Assembly: GCF_006345805.1 (NCBI RefSeq)
Contig: NW_021825821.1
Span: 434,001 to 498,000 of the forward strand
Direction of reading: 5' to 3'
DNA from: Octopus sinensis
Taxonomy: Eukaryota
DNA length: 64,000 nt
Positions 23,997-38,312 of this stretch are shown piece after piece (positions within the stretch are counted from its first letter, which is position 1; each line of letters starts with the position of its first letter). Below the pieces are notes generated by a model. The model saw only the letters and a list, made by a program, of their open reading frames with translations, did not search any database and was not told where the DNA came from. The position numbers and the translations under genes are program-made.

Positions 23997-26225
23997 AAAG
24001 ATATATTTTTATTTTTTTTGGAAACTTATTTATCTAATTACACACTCGATCCTCGAGAGGTGGACTGGCTATTGCAACGGTACAAATGGTCATAAGAGAA
24101 AACAATCTTTTATTCGTTTATAAAATTATATTAGCGTACATAGATTTACAAAAGTCTCAATAGTTTTTTTGCTATTGATAAAAATTGATTTTCGAAAAAA
24201 GTAAATGCGTAAACTCATATTCCTACCAGAATCATCAATCAAAAATCCTAGAGCAGCAGCTGAACTGGCCGATGGAAAGAAACGTGAAAATTTTACTGAT
24301 GGAGGGAATGGCAAAGTATTTGTTCCCTAAGAGTCGAGAGGTATTGGAAATAATGACCTTCTACCTCGGAATTTGCACCAGATGATTGAATCACTTATGG
24401 AAAGAGTTACCAGCGACCTATCTGATCAGAATAAAGTGATAAAATCTTAAAGTCTTCAACTTAGAGCTAAATTAAATTAATTAATTTTGTTTCGGGATTA
24501 TTACTAAGACAAATTTCTAATACAAATTGGAAAGTATAAAGTAAAAAAATATTTTAGACTTAAAAATTAATTAAAAACGTATAAAATAGCAGAAGAAAGA
24601 GTTAAAGATAACCACTGTACAAATAATTATATTTTACATTAATACCTTTGTTTCAAAATAGCAAACCTGCAAAGCAATAGTACCATAAATTGATAATGAA
24701 ACAAAATAACTGGTTAAAATTAATGAGTAACAAAATATTCGCCGTTTCTTGCATGACTATATATTTGAGTTTGTTTTTGGCAATGAATATGAATATTTTC
24801 GATTCAAATAATTTAACAACACCATATTTTGTGAGGTACAGTTTGATAACCATTTTTTTAATTTAGAACGCTTTTCTCATTAAAAAATGAGAGGGAATTA
24901 AATAATCCTGACAATGAATACCTATCGTTTGAATGTGGTGACATACTTCAAGTGATCAGCACAGATGACGATGATTGGTGGATAGCCTGCCACGTTAATT
25001 GTAAAAACGAAGAACCTCGTAATTTGCTAATTCCAAGCAATAATAAGTTATTTATATTAATTAAGAGCTGCAGAGCCATAAAAATGATGAATTTAAAAAA
25101 AGAAAATGCAAATTTGGAATTTTTATTCTCAACAGTAATTATTATTAAAATGTTTTTAGGTAACATGTGAAAATAATTGTTTCTGTGGTTCATTTCTAAA
25201 TTTGTCATGCAAAAAATCAAAACAACAGAAAATTTATTTAAAAGGTTTTATAATTTTATTAATTAAACAGAAACTTTAAAAAAAGATGCTACGACTGCTT
25301 ATCTCATCGTCAAGAAAGTCGTAAGCAGTAAGAAAAATAGTTAAATTTCAAGATCATAAAAGGCCGTTAATCATTTATGGACCTGAGATAAAAAGAATCT
25401 GGAAAGATTTGACATTTAGTGAACCGGAAAAATTCGGGATTCCAACAATTTGTAAAATTATGATTTTTATTTTTTAGATGCTACAGAGGGCAGAAGGAAA
25501 AATTTTACAGAAAACAAATACTTAAAGTATATCAGCAATCGGGAATTTGAAAATACGAATTTCATCGAAACCACAATATATGGAGAAAAAAAATATGGAT
25601 TTCCTCTATCAGAAATGTTAAAAATTCATAAAGTAATTTTATAATCCGAAGAATAGAAAAATAAAATTTGTTTATTGAATATTTTGCCGGAATCTGCAGT
25701 TAATTTAATGAACTATCGAATATACCCAATAATTCTATTTATAAAAATTCCGTTTTATAATACAGAAAGGTTTCGCTTTATTTAATTTGTCAGTGATACA
25801 AAATTTGATATTGAGGGTTTTATGGATCATTTTTTTATTTACGAAAAATATGCAGATTTATTTACAGGTAGACATTAATGTTTTATTATTTATAGAAATT
25901 TTAGAGGCGTCTGACTATAGGGATATGTTTAGAAAAATAAAGAAATCAATCGAAAAGCATTACAACAATGATATTTGGGTCTCTATAACCAGAATTTAGT
26001 TTTAAATAACCTTGGAATATTTTAATTAACAATATGTTTCTTGTTTGATTTTTTTATTTAAAAAAGCTAAATCAATGATTAATTTCGCTTGATTAGTTTA
26101 CGTTTATTCGATACAGCAAATTAAATAAATTTTAGTTTTCTATCTTTTTTCACAAAAAAAAATTTTAGCATCGAGTACAGAAAACTGACGACGTATTTGA
26201 TGCAAATATAATTTCATTATAAAAT
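23997..26225 (+). repeat. Segmental duplication copy 1 (paired with 38313-40372)
   Basis: Near-identical sequence by direct reading, except a replaced segment (24083-24335 vs 38397-38488) and scattered substitutions and indels. Both copies start with a CRE 3'-end fragment. Confidence 0.95.
24820..25999 (+). CDS. DLG-like MAGUK SH3-guanylate kinase module, copy 1; 5' part unresolved
   Basis: PYFV|RTLFSL, LSFECGDILQVISTDDDDWW and LLIPS (SH3); RPLII, F(I)ETTIYGEKKYG (GuK); C-terminus SIEKHYNNDIWVSITRI resembles the DLG IWVP ending. No PDZ recognised upstream. Confidence 0.7.
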
Positions 26226-26589
26226 TAGTATTGTTTTGTTCACAGTATTCCATATCACACGTCTAAAAACCTTGACTCAATTTACCGCAGACGGATTTAA
26301 AATTTTTAAAACTCCTTAAAGAACTATACTTGTGTCGGTTGATTTCACTAAGAGTTTTGTTTGCAGTTTGAGGCCCGTTCTGAGTAATACACGCTATAAT
26401 TTAAAATAATATATTGCATAAAAATTTTATTTAAAATTATTAAAAAAATGCCCCAATAAGCAGAATCGATAATTTTTTAATTTAGTATTCTATTGGTAGA
26501 AATTTAAATAAACTGCTATAAAATGGACATTAGAAATAAAAGTGCCCCAAATACAGAGGGTGTCCAAAGGCCGGGGTTTTATTGGGGCG

Positions 26590-28530
26590 ATGTCGGACTT
26601 TAATTGCATCAAGAGAGCAATCTATCAATGGTCATAAACCACTTACAATCTCATCGGGATTCCATTGCTGTCTGGTTTATCATCAACCAGCTATACATCT
26701 CACCTTCTAAACAGACCGCAACGCTCTTCACAATAAACAAACGTGAACTCAATCATGAACCATTACTCTTTGTACTTGCAAATCGTTTACCCATAACAAA
26801 AAACCCCAAAATTCTGGGTGTCACCTACACTCCATGTAATAAAAAACCGGATTTTCGAATGCTTAATTTTTTTGATATTCTGTTTTTAATTTTAGACTTT
26901 TTTTTAATTTATAATGATAATCTTCGTAACTTTCCTTTTTATAATTTTTCAATAATCTTTTTGTACAGCTAAACTGACTATATTAAATTTTTTTTGTGTA
27001 AACAAAACCGGATTAGAAAAAAAGTCAAATGATTAATAATTAATGTGTCCTCCGTGTGCCTTATAAAGCTCAATGCTTCTTCTTGACATGCTTTCAGTTA
27101 ATTTTCTCACAAATTCCATTGCTATTTCGTCCCAAATTTTTATGCTATTTTCGCATAAATCCTTTTTACTATGCAGCTTTTTTTACTCAATTCTTCCTTT
27201 ATGTAGCTCCACACATGTTCAATTGGGTTCAAATCTGGTGATTGTGGTGCCCAATCAATTTTTTTCTCATCCAAAAATTGTTTTGTTCTCCGTGAATTAT
27301 GACAGGGGGCCAAATCTTGTTGGAAAATAAAACGATTTAGCCCCATTTTATCTGCCGATTTCCACAAATTATTTATTAAAATGTTGATATATACAGCAGA
27401 ATTTATTTTTTCATTTACTATAACCAAATTCCCCTTTCCATGATAGGAGATACAACCCCATATTATAATTTTTCCACCACCAAACTTCAAAGTTGGCGTT
27501 TTCCACCCCATACCTTATGAAAAAATTTCAAAGGAAGCCTCGTAACTCTATATAACAGTTCTCCACGTTTCATTGCCTATTGCAGAAAAGATTATTGAAA
27601 GCTCGTATCGTTTTTCACTATTTTTTTGATAAAAAAGGTTTTCTTTTACGCACATGCTTTGTAATGATTTTCATGTAGATAATTGCTTATTGTTTTTTTG
27701 CAGACAACTTTTTCTGTAAAATCGAAGACTTCTTCTTTCAGGTTGGCCAGTGTTTTTTTTTGGATTTTCTTTCACAATGTTGACAAGTTTACAAATATAT
27801 GAGTTAGAGAGCTTTTTGAGTCTTCCAGAACCAGGTATACGATCAACAGTCCCTTTTTTATTTAACTTATTCAGAAAATCATTGAGAGTCGAAGTTGGAA
27901 TATTCAGCTCCTCAACAATCTTCTTTTGTGTCCAATTTAATTGAATGAGTGCTAGAATCTTTCTTTAGTGATTTTATCAAGCATTTTTTTCAAATACCTA
28001 AAAATTGGCTTAGTAACAGACTAATCAAAAAAAATCCGGTTTTTTAATACACGCTAAGATTTTATCAAGATCAATTATTCAAATATACATTATAATTTTA
28101 AAAATAGTAAAAAGATACAACAAACGATTGCTGAAAAGTAATTTAAAAATTGATATACATTAAAAAAAATACTAGTAAAAACATGCAAACTTGAAAATCC
28201 GGTTTTTTATTACATGGAGTGTATGATCACTCTCTGAGTTTTCCTACCCACGTGAATACGATATGTACTAAAGCCAGCGCAAGCTGAACGCACTACGTGC
28301 AGTCTCTAATTATTCTTTTGGACGAGCCAAATAAAGTTTAAAACTAATATACAAACAATTCATATGAAGAACAATAAACTATGTCTCCCTTGCTGGTTTC
28401 CGTGCGCCTCGCTCGTAGAGTATCTCGTTTGATGCTTGCTGATCCAGTCTTTTCTGAAATTTAGTCAACGAGAAAAGCTGGACTGCACTTTCTCGGAGGT
28501 CTACAGTGTCAGAAAAAAGGAGGAAGAAAA
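26590..28530 (+). mobile_element. APE-type LINE relic split by a Tc1 insertion
   Basis: SHRDSIAVWFIINQL...KNPKILGVT(Y) continues as DHSLSFPTHVN after the Tc1 TA duplication. Same family as the RT at 56820-58125. Confidence 0.75.
26828..28221 (-). mobile_element. Tc1/mariner DNA transposon (IR/DR type), defective transposase
   Basis: TIRs CACTCCATGTAATAAAAAACCGGATTTTC at both ends, flanked by TA (26826-27, 28222-23), with inner AAAACCGGATT repeats. Transposase HTH, IIWGCISYHG, QQDLAPCH and SPDLNPIEHVW. Stops and frameshifts present. Confidence 0.95.
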
Positions 28531-28913
28531 GAAAGAGGTGCGTGGAGTGCAATTCTTGAAGGCTTTGAACTTAGTTAAACGATTAATTAGTTAATTAGTT
28601 TCCCAGTATAAAACCAGTTTTCTTATCACTAAAGAACGTTTCCACTCTGAGACGTCTTGAGTATTTGAGAAAACTCCCAAACTTCTTATTCGTAAGATTT
28701 GGTCTTTAATTTCAAAAAAGCAACCACAGACGTTTTTGCTATCCTTTTAGTCCTTAACCGTTATACTAATTATATTTAATGATCCTTTATTCCAATGTAA
28801 AAAGATTATCCTAAAAATGGATAAATTTACTTTAAATACAGCCCTTAAAACGATTTTAGACAGAATAGTTAAAATGAGTCTAATTAATAACAACATAAAT
28901 ATTTTTGTATTTC

Positions 28914-31900
28914 TTAATGGATTTCACATGGTCTACAGTAGCACGCAACGTAATTTCGAATTGTTACGGATTTAACCCTGTTTTGACATTTCATTTCAAT
29001 TGGAATAAATGGATTATTTTTATCTACTATTCCCCTACAACAAAAACATTTGTTAATTTCACCAATGTTTGCTTTCTATTAAAAATAAATGAATGAGGTA
29101 TACCTGAACTAAAAATTGATTACCAGAATCACAATTTCCGTTGCAATAAGAATATGTAATATTTTTAGAAGAAATGCATTCTCCATCTTTAAATTCTTGT
29201 GACTTTGTTTTCAAAATACATTTTTTATCTAAACATGAAAACTTCCACAAACCATCTGGCTCACAAATCTCAATATTCAAATCTCTTATTTCAATTAGAC
29301 TATCGAAATATTTTTCATTTTTTGTAAAAACTAATGTTATTTTTTTAGAAAAAAATGGCTTCATAAAAAATAAAGAAGAATCATGTGGAAACTTGGGAAT
29401 CATTGTCTAGAAATAACAAATCTGATATTGACAACATGTAGATGCTTCAAACCTTCGGTTCCTTCAAATATTGCTTTGATTGACGAAATTCCCATATTGT
29501 TTGCTTTAAGAGAGACGGATGAAATCAAGAATTCATTTTTTAAGGTGATGGTAAGATGAGAATTGTTGTTTTTAGCAGTCCAAATATCTCCGTTCAGTAG
29601 ATCTAGTGGGGATCCTTCAGATGAATCAAGATCGATATTATCTGAATTTTCAGGAGTGATAAGTGAAAGAGGTTTACAAACTAAAAATAAAATTTTGATT
29701 TAAATTTAACATTTAAAATATTTTGCATCATTTTCAATATGAACTAAAAATGAAAATTAGGAGTATATACTGTTTTTGAAATTTTTGTAACATCCGCTGA
29801 CAATAAATTTATGTAAAGATATAAACGGACTGTCAAAAGAGATCAGAATTGTATCAAGCAGAAAAGTAGAATTAAACTTTTCTGTGAAGTCGAAGTTAAT
29901 CAAGCCACTCAATGAAACAAATTTTTTCTATAATAATTTTTTAATAATACAAAAAATATTTCATTTCCAAGGTATAAAAGTTTTATTTCGATTTGTACAA
30001 AATTAAGATTTGGCATTGTGAATTCCATGCCAGTAATTACAGTTTTTAAAAATCGTGGAAATTCGAGTTTTAGGAAAGGTTTGCTGTCAGTTGAAATGGG
30101 AATCCATTCCTAATTTTATTTGTAACAGAAACGTCTTTATTTGAGAAAACATAAAGAGGATCTGTTCCGTTGAGATTGCTTGATGTTGTAATTTTAACGT
30201 TTTTCAAATTACCTGGATCAGCTATATTTATGACTTCATTTAAACATTCTAAAAAATCAAAGTTAAAATTACCAGTAGAGGGATATTTGCAAGAAACTTT
30301 TGAATTTACAGGCATTTTATTGGCCGTGGCTATTATTTAATATAAATTTAAATATACTATGAGTCGAAACGTTTGAAAAAATAATTTCTACTTATTACCA
30401 ATAGTATAAGACCTTCATCAAAGCATCCAAGAATGTCAACAAACAAGACCTTAAGATTTGGACAAAATTTATTTTGTGACGAATCACATAAAAACCGGAC
30501 AGATAAATACTTTGTAGTTAACGCATAAGGGGAAAGAAAATTAACAAATACTCTATGAAAAGAAGAGTTTAGTACGAAAGACTAAATTTAAAAATCAATT
30601 GAACAAACCGAATGTAAAATCAAATTATCTGAATAATTACCAAAAAGAATGTTTATAGAATGGGCTCCAGTAAGATGAATATTTAAAGAAACCAATTTTG
30701 GACTCGGCATTTTAAAACGAAAAGTAATATAATAGAATGAAGAATGAATAAATGAGAAATCAGAAGGAGACCAATATCCAGATTCTGAAAAAATATTAAA
30801 AACAGGATGATCGGGAGAAGACGAGGATACAAATGTTTGGATAAGAGATTTTGAAAGAGAAAGGGAATTGGGACAAAATTCTAAAAAAATTTAATATTTA
30901 GTATTGTAACTAGAAATAGCTTTTGACGAATTAGATAACTTTTTAGTTGGACTATAAACTGTTTTTTTTGGTTTAGTGGTTTTTTCATGATCTACTTATT
31001 TAGCATTTTATTACTTTGGCATCCGAAAATATTTAATTTCTTTATCGTATTTTTAATTAAATTATTCGTATCTGAATTCAGAAATGTCAATTTGATTATA
31101 TTTGTTTTGGTGTTAATCTGAACATCAAAATTTTCAGTAAAATCTATTCTCTGAAAATCATATGTTGATTTTAAAAACTTTTTCGAAGTTGTTTGTCTCC
31201 AAAATTAATTTCATTGTCGTTTCTGTTTCATTTACTGTTCCATAAATTCTTTCTACTATCCATTCTTGTTTGTTTGTTATTATTTGTAAGCTTTCGTTTT
31301 GCATTATTGCATAGTTTTGATTTTTTCTTAAATTTAATGGAAGTTTTCCATTCTCAGACAATTCTAGTAATTTTGTTGTATTTTTGCATTTTCCTGTTTA
31401 ATTAGTTTTGTTATTTTTTACGTTTTATTATGTCGTTTATTTTGTCAATTGTTTTTTTTAGTTCTAGATTTTTTATTCTTAGCACATTACCATATGTTCT
31501 TCCTCCGCATCCTATAACTTCAAGTTGATTTACATAAATTTCATTTTTTGTCAAGTTATTTTTTATTCCAAAAAATTCAAATTTCACATCTCTTGGAGAA
31601 AATGCATCTCTCATTTCTACATCAAAATTCATTTTGAGTGATATTATATTCTATTTTGTATAAATACAAATTAATGACTTTATATATAACATATTTTGAA
31701 TCTTTGCTATCTCTTGTAGATACTATCACTCTCGACGGCGTCGACATGTCAAATTTGATTAATTTAATTATAGGCTTATTTTCCTCTCCAAAATATAGGT
31801 TTAGATTCACATTTGAGTCTAGACCCGATGGGTTCCACGAATTCTGGACCATTTTTGCCATATCTGCGGTTTTTCCTACTCCATTCGAAGATGACATAAT

Positions 31901-34900
31901 TTTGAAATGTGTGTCACTTAGTTTTTTTCCATCACAAATATTAGTAATTTCTTTTCCACAATAATAAATTTTCAGATTATTAATTTCTGCCTTATTTGCT
32001 CTTTTTCCATTACTTTTGAAAACTGTTTTGAAATATTGACTTTTCTGAGCATGTTCTGGGATATTAATGGTAAAAAAGTTGTTTGTAATTTTTGTTTCCT
32101 ATAAAATTATAATTAATCTCTGCCATCAAATGTAGCAACCGGGTGTTATTTTCTTTTTTTTTCATAATCAGAATGACTTCATCTGTGCTGATTGCAGAAG
32201 CTTGTATTTTAGTTATTCGGATTGTCTTGCTTGAAATAGTATAATGAAATGCCGTTTCGTTGTCCAATTCATCAAACTGCCACAATCGAGTCTCACTTAA
32301 AACGTTCCTTATCGTATCATTGTTGCTTGTACTGTAAATCTTGAATAAATCTGATTTTGTCAAATCACGTAAATGACAAACTAAAATGTAAAAACTGTAA
32401 AACAAAACCTCCAAAACAATTGATTTCGTCGGATTGGTCACCACAGTCATCATTACCGTCACACATTGAAGTAAGTTTAATGCAGTCACCATTATTACAT
32501 GTATATTCAGTTTTATCATTGCATATCCCAGTTTTACAATTAAGTTCGTCATTTCCTGTAATGCAGTGCTTAGTTCCATCACATAGAAATTTGTTATCGA
32601 TGCATTCTCCATATCCACAGTTAAATTGATCATCAGAACAAAGTTCTTTAAAAATTTATTTTAGTAAAATCAAATACCACAAGATTCCTCATCAGTGCCG
32701 TCATTGCAGTCAGAAATTCCATCACATTTCATTGAAATATCAATAACCCGAAAATCATCACAACAAAACTTTCCATTTTTGCATCTCGAATCTTTAAGTT
32801 ACATTTAATATCAAAACCTTGACAGTTTTTTTCATCAGACCCGTCGCGACAATCAATTTTGTTATCACATTTTTTATTTATAGATATGCATTGTAAACCA
32901 TTTGAACACATATATTCGTCTCTACCACATTTAACACAATTTTCATCAGAACACTCTAACATTCCACTTTTACAAAAACTAAATTAATTATTATTTTCCA
33001 ACCATTTTTTACATCCGAGTATAATGTGAGAACCTGCATCGTAGTACTCTTCTTGTAACTTGCATCCACATTTATTAACTTCGACACATCTTCCATCAAC
33101 TATATAAAATGTAAACTTTCAGAAATATATACAATTTTCGTATAAACCATCAGGACAAAAGCATCCTTCGTGGCAAACTATATCATGTGTAAATGAAAAA
33201 GAGGTTGAATTTGAATAACCACATTTTTTAATTAAGGAATTACCACATGATTGATATTCCTTTCCATTTTGGCATTTGTAAGCTTTTTATTAAAATATAT
33301 TATTGTGATACGACAAAATGATGGTGATCTCCACAATATTTCAGCACCATTCTCAGTACAAATCTGTGCAATTGCTGCAATTGATGTGCATAGACATTCG
33401 TAATTTTCCCCCTCAATACAACTGATAACTGAATTCAAAAAATAATTACTGGCACGCATCATATAAACAGTTTTCAAAAAATGTAGCGACAGTATCTTCA
33501 GACAATACAGCTCGACATGTCTGAAAAACTGCTTCAGAATAGACGATTGAGCATTTCTCTTTTGCCCAATTATATTTTTCCTAAAATTTAATAAAAGTTC
33601 GACGACTTTAAATGGACAACTTTTAAGAAAAGTTTCACTGCTTTTGTTATAATTCAAATTACATTCAGAACTGGGAATACTCCACGAATTTGCAAAATCA
33701 TCGGGAGAATTAAGAGGGGCAAGATTAGGGCTAGTAAAATCGTTTAATTGATCGTTATTAAAATCCCCACACAGTCCAGAAACTTTTCCCATCCATTTTT
33801 GATTTAGATAAGTATAAACTGTGGTTGCTTTATCCCATAGTATTTCGATCCCGTTTTTCTCACTAATAACCCTGACATTGGATTGATGTTTATATATTAT
33901 ATGAATATTTTTTGAATGATAATCGTCTGTCAGTTGACGCCCGTTTACTATAAATTTGTTTTTATCAGCAAATTCAATTTGAACATTTTCAATTATTATT
34001 TCAACCAATTTCGAACATGTCAGACCTTAAATATTGCTAATTTAGATTAATTAAACCTGATGGTCCACAAGCAAAGTTTTGAGTATTTATTAAAAAAGAT
34101 GAATTTTCTATTGATTTTACAATAGTATATTGACACTGTCCTTTAAATGAGAACTGCTTTCCATCAAATGTTATAAAGTGTGAATCCCCGTACGTTGTAC
34201 ACATGCCTAAGAGTTTAATTTATTAATCTTCAAAACACCTCTACATTCTGGAGTTTCTGTATTTTTAATCCACACTTTATTTTTGCAAATGCTTAAAATA
34301 GGATTAGTATATAATTTTACTAGTTAGCACATTTTGATCCAATTTTATAACCAACTTTATAAAATTTATTTGCATGAAAGCAAGGACATTCATCTGGCAA
34401 GATACATTCATTCTAAAAATATATTATAAATTAATAAAATACCATTTGAGATAAAATATATCCTTCATTACATCCACAACCATGATAAATTTTATTAGCA
34501 CATTCTTCAATCTCATCTTGAGTCGGATCACAACGTTTTGGACAACCTTTAGTGATTTTTTGAACTAAATTGTTTGGGCATGATTTCGAAGAATTCTTTT
34601 CATAACACTTAACGACTCCTTCAATGCAAATGCTGCTGTTAAAAAATAAAATTTTATCACCAATCCATTGATGACGTGGAAAATTTGGCATGATTTTTGT
34701 ATATGATATCTTTACTAATACAAGTGCAGTTACTTCGATGAACACAGCGACCATTGCCATCAAAAATCATCCCATCTTTGCATTTACATCCTGGGACACA
34801 ATTTGATTTACATTCTTCATCATTCTCTTCATTTTCGTGACAATGTAGTCCACAGGGTGACATGCAGTTGTGAAACTTACTGTTTTCGGGACAATTTATG

Positions 34901-37900
34901 CCTACAAAAATAATTTTATTTTTCACCGCATTTCATTCGGAATGCGTCCCATGTTACATTAATTTTTTTCTTTGCGCATTCGTAGACATAAGCAGAAATA
35001 TGAATACAGGCAACTTGGTTAGCTTGGATCCCATTTGTAGCACATATATCTTTTATACACATTTGATGATATTCTGGAGAATTGACAGCTTCAAAACACA
35101 TAGACAACATGCTTTGATTTTCTATCAATGGTTTACAATTTAAAATAGCTTTATTCTATAAATACAATCTTAAAAAATCAACTTTTATATTGATTGGGCA
35201 CTCTGGAAGCGCGGAACTTGCCTTTTGGCATTTGTCATGCTTATTTAAAGTGTATTCTTTAGCTAGAGATTTGTAGTTAAACTCAACTTTGTTGCTTCTT
35301 GTAAGATACTCATTTTTAGAATTGTAATCAAATGTACCACACATTCCAAGTGTCTAAAATATCATGAAATTATAAATAATACTTCGCGAAGATGAATATT
35401 TTTCAACTTTATATAAATTCGTGATTGTAGATCCCATAAAATATGAAGACCAGTTCGAGATAGCATTATAAAGTTTGGTTCAATTTTTCGGATTCTAAAA
35501 AAATTGTTTTTTTGCGGAAAATTTCTTAAAGAAATATTATTTATTCTCAAAATCGGGCGTTTGTTTTTTGAATAAAGCAAAATCAATGTCGAATCTTTTA
35601 TTCTTATTATTAATTTCCGTTGACAAATAGTATTGTTTCCATAAAGACTAGGTTTATCTTCTACACTACATTGAGAATTGTCTACAGATATTAATAGATC
35701 TTCTTTTTTCAACTAAAAATAAAATATTATTTTTATTTACTTTCATAAGTTCGTAAACACAGGGGGAACTATATAAATGATTGAAATTTCCAAAATCAAA
35801 TGTTAAGTAGTTTCCGATACCAATTATTTGGCACTCTCCCGGACATTCAATATTCGGGCAATTCCAGAAACCTGATTTGCATACACTAAAATAGATAAAA
35901 TTAACTGCTAAACCAGTTTTTGCAATTTTGTTTTACAATTTCTCCGCTAACATAGGTTTTTTTGCCAAACTGACAAGGACAATTTTTCGGTTCAACGCAT
36001 TTTTTTCCGTCAAAAAATGTTCCACTCTTGCACTGACATCCGGGAATACACTCTTTGTTACATTTTTTTAAATAAAGTGGCATGAACGAGCAGGTTGCAC
36101 ATGCATCTAAGCATTCAGTGTATACCATATCTGCAGGGCAAATCTTTGCTATTTATAATATATAATTCTATATTATACGGCATATCTTAGAACTTCTCCA
36201 TTCAACGTTGATTCCTGATTCAGAACAGATTGAAGAATATTCTTCGAGGGTAGCACATAAAAGTGCGCTAGCCTCATCAAAGGTCGACGTTACTCTTGCA
36301 TGGCAATATTCGTTTTTACATCGGTTGTATAGTTCTCTCGGGTCAATCTTTAATTATTGAAAACGAAATATTAAACTCTATGAGAACAGACAGAAAATGC
36401 TTTAGAATTAAGTGCATTGCATTTAATTTCGGCTTCTTTGATAAAAATTTTATCTGAGCATTTTAGAACATTAGAATGTCCATTGGGACACTTGAATTAT
36501 AATACAAAAATACCATTTTATAACCTTCTTTAAAAGAATTTGCAAATTTTGCAATATCTTCAGTAACAATTTTATTTCTTGTCGTGAAATCATCTTTTTA
36601 AATTATATTTATTTAAAATTAACTTTTGAAATTTCCATCAAAAAGTCCACAAAGTCCAGTAAATTTTGATTTCTGAAAAATGTTGTTTAAAGTTATGTGA
36701 ATAACATTTCCAGTTTTCAAGTCCCATTTTACTCGAATACCTCTTTTATTAATGTAATGAATATAAGAATTAATCTTGGAGATTTCAAACACTGAAATGA
36801 TTAAAATATAACAACTTTTGCCCAAATAAGTTGAATTTGTTGAAATTTTAACTCCATCAACGAAAACATCACTTCTCCATGTGCTAACAATTGGATCTTC
36901 TTCCACAACGATTCTAATTATCTAAGTTTTTTTAATCTTTACAAATAAACTAACTTTTGAGCACTTTAGATAACTTTCACAGTTTATTGCTAACATACTT
37001 ATTGTGATTGAATGCGAAGGATTTGCTGCAAGAGTATACCAGCAATTGCTGTAAAATGTATATTTCCTTCCATCAAATGTTTGAAAATGAGAAAAATAAT
37101 TAATGCACGTTGAGAAAGGAAGAGTATATGTATTATTGGTTGTTAAAGCTATAGTTATTGGCCAATATTATACCTGATGATTTACTGTTTTTCTGATTTT
37201 TATGGTCTAAATAGTTAAAACATTGTTGAAACCAAATTTGTTTGATTGACAGGAAAGGCAAGTATAGCTTCCAGAATATCCCCAAGATCCTTTTATATTA
37301 TTAGAACAACATTCTGAAAATGTTTTAATTGAGTTTGAATTGACAATTCCAATTTGGTCAATGTATTTTTCTCCATAACATTTGTTGTATTTATAGCAGT
37401 ATTTTAATTTATTAGTTATTTCTAGTTTAATGATTATTGAATTAGAAAACTTGATATGTCGTCTTCACACCGAAATCCTGCGAATCCAGTTTTGCAATCG
37501 CATACATTTGGAGCTATGCAAATTCCATTTAAGCATTTTGGTGAACATATTGCTATAAAAATTAAATATAAATATTTGTGGAAACTTACGTATATTACAA
37601 AGTTTTCCGGTGTAGCCTTCACAACACACCTCCACTTCTACAGAAACGTACCTTTCGTAGATTTATTTAAATCTATACCTTGCATATTCACATGCTTTAT
37701 CACTTTTACTCTCTAATAATTTCAGCAACTCATTTTTTGAATATTGAGAGGAATTAGTTGCAAGGAACCAACTATTATGAATCATATCAAAAAAATTTAG
37801 ACAAAGATCCAATTTTTTCTCGGTAATTTGCTTAGTTGTGTTGCAAAATCAATATAAATTAAAAAATGTATACTTTGAAGATTGAATGAAATTAATGGCA

Positions 37901-37941
37901 ATTATTTCATGAATTACTAAAAATATTATAATTCCTAACAT
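28914..37941 (-). CDS. Large secreted SCO-spondin/mucin/hemolectin-like protein: signal peptide, EGF, 3x(VWD-C8-TIL), LDLa repeats, degenerate FA58C-like segments, C-terminal cystine knot
   Basis: MLGIIIFLVIHEIIA signal at 37941; CSPKCLNGICIAPNVCDC; FQTFDG, TYGDSHFITFDG and GLCGDFN (VWD); CPADMVYTECLDAC and CPENSKFHNCMSPC (TIL); four CD...DC.DG.DE..C LDLa repeats (32440-32960); YCNGNC...CFCC...CYCRPC ending at TAA 28914. Many micro-introns; full exon structure not resolved. Confidence 0.85.
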
Positions 37942-38312
37942 AAAATTCATGAGATTTCATTCTAATTGTCATAATATAATAACGACATGCAACATATGCT
38001 ATTCTAAATTACAGGTAGTTTGATTTGATACAATAATGTTTTTTAATAGTTTACAATCTGTCGAATCATTGTCGTTAGCAGTGAGGTTAAATAATACAAA
38101 AAACTTTATAGAAACTACCTACTGTTAAAAATACAAAAATAAGAAGTCAATTTGCTAAATTTGTGAAATCTTGCTTGCCATTTTGTGGTTATTACTTTCT
38201 CAATCTTCTTTATGTTTTCAGATGTTTAAATACTTTAACTTTTTTTATTTTTTATTGGATTGTGATCTATTACAAAGAAATTTTGTTGATGTCGATTAAA
38301 TTGTTTTCGGTG

